A stretch of 64,000 bases of DNA, taken from the NCBI GenBank assembly GCA_947486375.1, contig CANKTP010000001.1, forward strand, positions 17,118 through 81,117, in the 5' to 3' direction. Shown in pieces: positions 61,515-64,000 of this stretch. Source of the DNA: Candidatus Hydrogenedentota bacterium (lineage in GTDB: Bacteria > Hydrogenedentota > Hydrogenedentia > Hydrogenedentales > GCA-2746185). The translations under genes were made by a program, and so were the position numbers. The number at the start of each line of letters is the position of its first letter. Positions within the stretch are counted from its first letter, which is position 1. The notes beneath the pieces were generated by a model that did not search any database, was not told the DNA's origin, and worked only from the letters and a program-made list of their open reading frames with translations.

Positions 61515-64000
61515 AGCCCATCTACCTGGCGTTCGTCAAGAACCCCGTATTCGTAAACCTCCTGATGGTGATCATCATCGGGGTGGGTTTGTTCGCGTCC
61601 CAATCGATGGTCCGCGAGATGTTCCCCGAGATTTCCGTCGACACCCTCATGGTCACCATTATTTATCCCGGGGCCGACCCCGAGGAGGTCGAGGAAGGCA
61701 TCTCACGCAAGGTTGAGGAAGCCATCGACGGCATCGAGGGGATCAAGCGTTACACCACGGTCTCGTCCGAGAACGCGGGACGCGCCGTCATTGAGGTCAA
61801 GGAAAGTCACAACATCGACGACGTCTACACGGATGTCCGCAACGCGATCGATTCGATTTCATCTTTCCCGGTGGATGCCGAGAAACCGATCATCACCGAG
61901 TTGACCATCATGTCCGACGTGCTCCAAATCGCCCTGTGGGGCGATCAGTCGGAGAAGACACTCAAGGAGCTCGCGGAGGAAATCAAGGACGACGTCCAGG
62001 GTCTCCCCTCGATTTCGCAGGTGGGCGTCCTCGGCACGCGCGACTACGAGATCGCCATCGAGGTCTCCGAGGAGCGTCTGCGAGAATACGGCCTGACCTT
62101 TGGCCAGGTGGCCGCCGCAGTTCGCCGTGGCAGCATCAACCTGAGCGGCGGCGTGCTCCGAACCAAGGGCGAGGAAATCCGGCTTCGCACCGTCGGCCGC
62201 AAGTACAGCGGCAAGGAATTCGCCTCGATCATCGTGCTCGCCCGGCCCAACGGCGAGACCATCACCCTGGACCGCATCGCCGACATTAAGGACGGATTTA
62301 CCGAGGACCCGATTTACGCGACCTTCAACGGCGAGGAGTGCGTCATTGTCACCGTCCGCAAGACGGAAGAAGAAGACGCCATCGCCATTTCGAGCGAAGT
62401 CAAGGAATACCTCGATAAGAAACAGGCGGCCCTACCCGGGGGAATGCACCTGACCCAGTGGAGTGATTTCTCGCCCCAAATCCAGGCACGAATCGACTTG
62501 CTCGTGTCCAACGGTATCCAGGGCTTTCTCTTGGTGTTTATCCTGCTCTGGTTGTTTCTCGACTTCAGGCTGAGCTTCTGGGTGTCGATGGGTGTCCCGT
62601 TGTCTTTCGGGGGTGCGCTCATCATCATGTGGATATTCGGGGCGTCGCTTAATCAGTTGTCCCTCTTCAGCCTGATCATGGTGTCCGGGATGCTCGTCGA
62701 CGACGCCATCGTCGTGGGCGAAGCGATATACGTCCACCGAAAACGGGGCGATGGCCCCATCGAGGCGGCCGTAAACGGGGTCATGGAAGTGGGCCTGCCC
62801 GTGGTCGGGGCGGTTACGACGACGATTATCGCCTTTCTCCCGCTCATGTTCGTTGCGGGCGTCATGGGAAAGTTCATCGCAATCATCCCGCTCGGCGTCA
62901 TTGCCTGCCTCGTCGTCTCGTTGTTCGAGAGCCTCTTCATGCTTCCGGCCCACCTTAGCCATTTGCCGGACCCCAAGAAGGCCTCCGAAAAACAGAATAT
63001 CGCCGACCGGATTCATCACTTCACGTCTAACGGCCTCGAGTATTTCATCGATCGCGTTTACTATCCGCTCGTCCAGCGGTGCGTGAAATACCGCTACATT
63101 TCCGCCAGCGTCGCGGCGTCCTTTTTCTTGTTCACCATGGGCCTCGTCGCCGGCGGGTTCGTCGAGTTTGTCGTGTTCAGTGCCAACGACGGAAACGACA
63201 TCGTCGCCAACGTCGAGTTTCCCCGGGGCACGCCAGCGGGCGTAACCCAGGAAGCGATGGTCAGAACTGAAGACGCGCTAAACCGGCTCGTCACGCGCTT
63301 GCCGAAAAAGGACGACGGACCCATCGTCAAGAATGTTTTTTCCATATCCGGGGCCGGCCGGGGGGCATCCCCGTTCGAGGGGGAATCCGGTACCCACATC
63401 GGCCAAATCCGCGTCGAGTTGGTGGACGGCCCATTGCGGTTGATGCGATCGAAGGAAATCCAGATCGCTTGGGAAGAGGAGACCGGGAAAATACCGGGGG
63501 CCATTCTCCAGTCCTTCGAGGCGCTCGAACAGGGGCCGCCGGGCGCGCCCATCGAGGTGCGATTGCGGGGGGAGAACCTGGACAACCTCCGCGCCATCGC
63601 CGACGAGATCAAGGCGAAGCTCGAGACCTACAAGGGCGTCTACCAGATAAGCGACACCTTTCGACCGGGTAAGAACGAACTGCGATTCGACCTCAAGCCC
63701 GAAGCCAGGACGCTCGGAATCACGCTCGAGGACTTGGCCCGCCAGGTATACGCCGGTTTCTTCGGCGAGGAAGCCCTTCGCCTCCAGCGCGGACGCGACG
63801 ATATCCGCGTTCGGGTTCGCTACACGGACGACGAGCGCGCGACGCTTGCCGAACTCGAGAAAGTCCGTATTCGGACCCCGAACGGCATGGAGGTCCCCTT
63901 CTTCAGTGTGGCCAGCGTACGGTTTTCACAAGGCTTTTCCAATATCACGCGCATCGACGGCCAGAAGGCGATTTCCGTGACCGCCGAGAACGACGAGAAG
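61511..64000 (+). CDS. Efflux RND transporter permease subunit (AcrB/CzcA superfamily), 3'-truncated at the window end
   Basis: The GTG at 61511 is preceded by GGAG and overlaps the adaptor stop (GTGA). The translation is 'VKPIYLAFVKNPVFVNLLMVIIIGVGLFASQSMVREMFPEISVDTLMVTIIYPGADPEEVEEGI...'. The frame is open to nt 64000; it is absent from the ORF track because it has no stop in the window. Confidence 0.8.
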   Translation, partial: MKPIYLAFVKNPVFVNLLMVIIIGVGLFASQSMVREMFPEISVDTLMVTIIYPGADPEEVEEGISRKVEEAIDGIEGIKRYTTVSSENAGRAVIEVKESHNIDDVYTDVRNAIDSISSFPVDAEKPIITELTIMSDVLQIALWGDQSEKTLKELAEEIKDDVQGLPSISQVGVLGTRDYEIAIEVSEERLREYGLTFGQVAAAVRRGSINLSGGVLRTKGEEIRLRTVGRKYSGKEFASIIVLARPNGETITLDRIADIKDGFTEDPIYATFNGEECVIVTVRKTEEEDAIAISSEVKEYLDKKQAALPGGMHLTQWSDFSPQIQARIDLLVSNGIQGFLLVFILLWLFLDFRLSFWVSMGVPLSFGGALIIMWIFGASLNQLSLFSLIMVSGMLVDDAIVVGEAIYVHRKRGDGPIEAAVNGVMEVGLPVVGAVTTTIIAFLPLMFVAGVMGKFIAIIPLGVIACLVVSLFESLFMLPAHLSHLPDPKKASEKQNIADRIHHFTSNGLEYFIDRVYYPLVQRCVKYRYISASVAASFFLFTMGLVAGGFVEFVVFSANDGNDIVANVEFPRGTPAGVTQEAMVRTEDALNRLVTRLPKKDDGPIVKNVFSISGAGRGASPFEGESGTHIGQIRVELVDGPLRLMRSKEIQIAWEEETGKIPGAILQSFEALEQGPPGAPIEVRLRGENLDNLRAIADEIKAKLETYKGVYQISDTFRPGKNELRFDLKPEARTLGITLEDLARQVYAGFFGEEALRLQRGRDDIRVRVRYTDDERATLAELEKVRIRTPNGMEVPFFSVASVRFSQGFSNITRIDGQKAISVTAENDEK

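Noticed and set aside
1-64000. Search for CRISPR arrays, IS elements, transposases, integrases, phage genes, rRNA or tRNA
   Set aside because: None were found. There are no short direct-repeat/spacer arrays, no DDE transposase or tyrosine recombinase motifs in any frame, and the intergenic gaps are too short and too GC-rich for rRNA or tRNA genes.

Overview
This is a 64-kb high-GC (roughly 65%) bacterial chromosomal window, dense with genes and with no rRNA, tRNA, CRISPR or obvious mobile elements. Its centrepiece is a single uninterrupted ORF of about 23 kb (27428/27452..50452, about 7,670 aa) encoding a mosaic cell-surface giant protein. That ORF lies directly upstream of a minimal cell-division cluster.

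The remaining content, in order:
- Two tandem paralogous giant surface proteins carrying von Willebrand factor A (vWA) domains: 2..3325, truncated at the window edge, and 3385..9432, a lipoprotein with 4 C-terminal Ig-like repeats.
- A convergent ggt-pdxH pair on the minus strand.
- A secreted esterase with an odd C-terminal sorting-like tail.
- A small catabolic block: a short-chain dehydrogenase/reductase (SDR), a class-III aminotransferase, a Tat-exported Gfo/Idh/MocA oxidoreductase and a lipase-like alpha/beta hydrolase.
- A coiled-coil protein ending in an MshEN domain, the N-terminal domain of type II secretion ATPases (GspE), with two near-perfect c-di-GMP-binding motifs.
- hisG-like and surE genes, a membrane protein, and a multi-TM GAF Ser/Thr kinase.
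- The giant ORF itself. It embeds an intact I9-propeptide + S8 subtilase. It also carries about 12 copies of an unnamed ~100-aa module, 4 NIDO-like modules, 4 LamG-like modules, 2 MAM-like modules and 3 GATase1-like modules. Towards the C-terminus it has 8+1 cadherin-like repeats, 5 PKD domains, a Ca-binding-loop helical region and a hydrophobic+RRR C-terminal tail. It is preceded by a conspicuous AT-rich island and followed by a strong terminator.
- murC-ftsQ-ftsZ with no ddl or ftsA, then pilT translationally coupled to ftsZ, then dapA.
- On the minus strand: lepB, a TPR protein, a GNAT acetyltransferase, and an orphan about 110-aa mini-protein that looks like only the N-terminal (N2) part of a GspE/PilB-type ATPase.
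- A MarR-regulated RND efflux operon running off the window end.

All domain calls are by eye from the translations. The ORF track uses GTG/TTG as well as ATG and takes the longest ORF, so several true starts were moved downstream using RBS or signal-peptide logic. Coordinates of non-CDS features are approximate to within a few nt.
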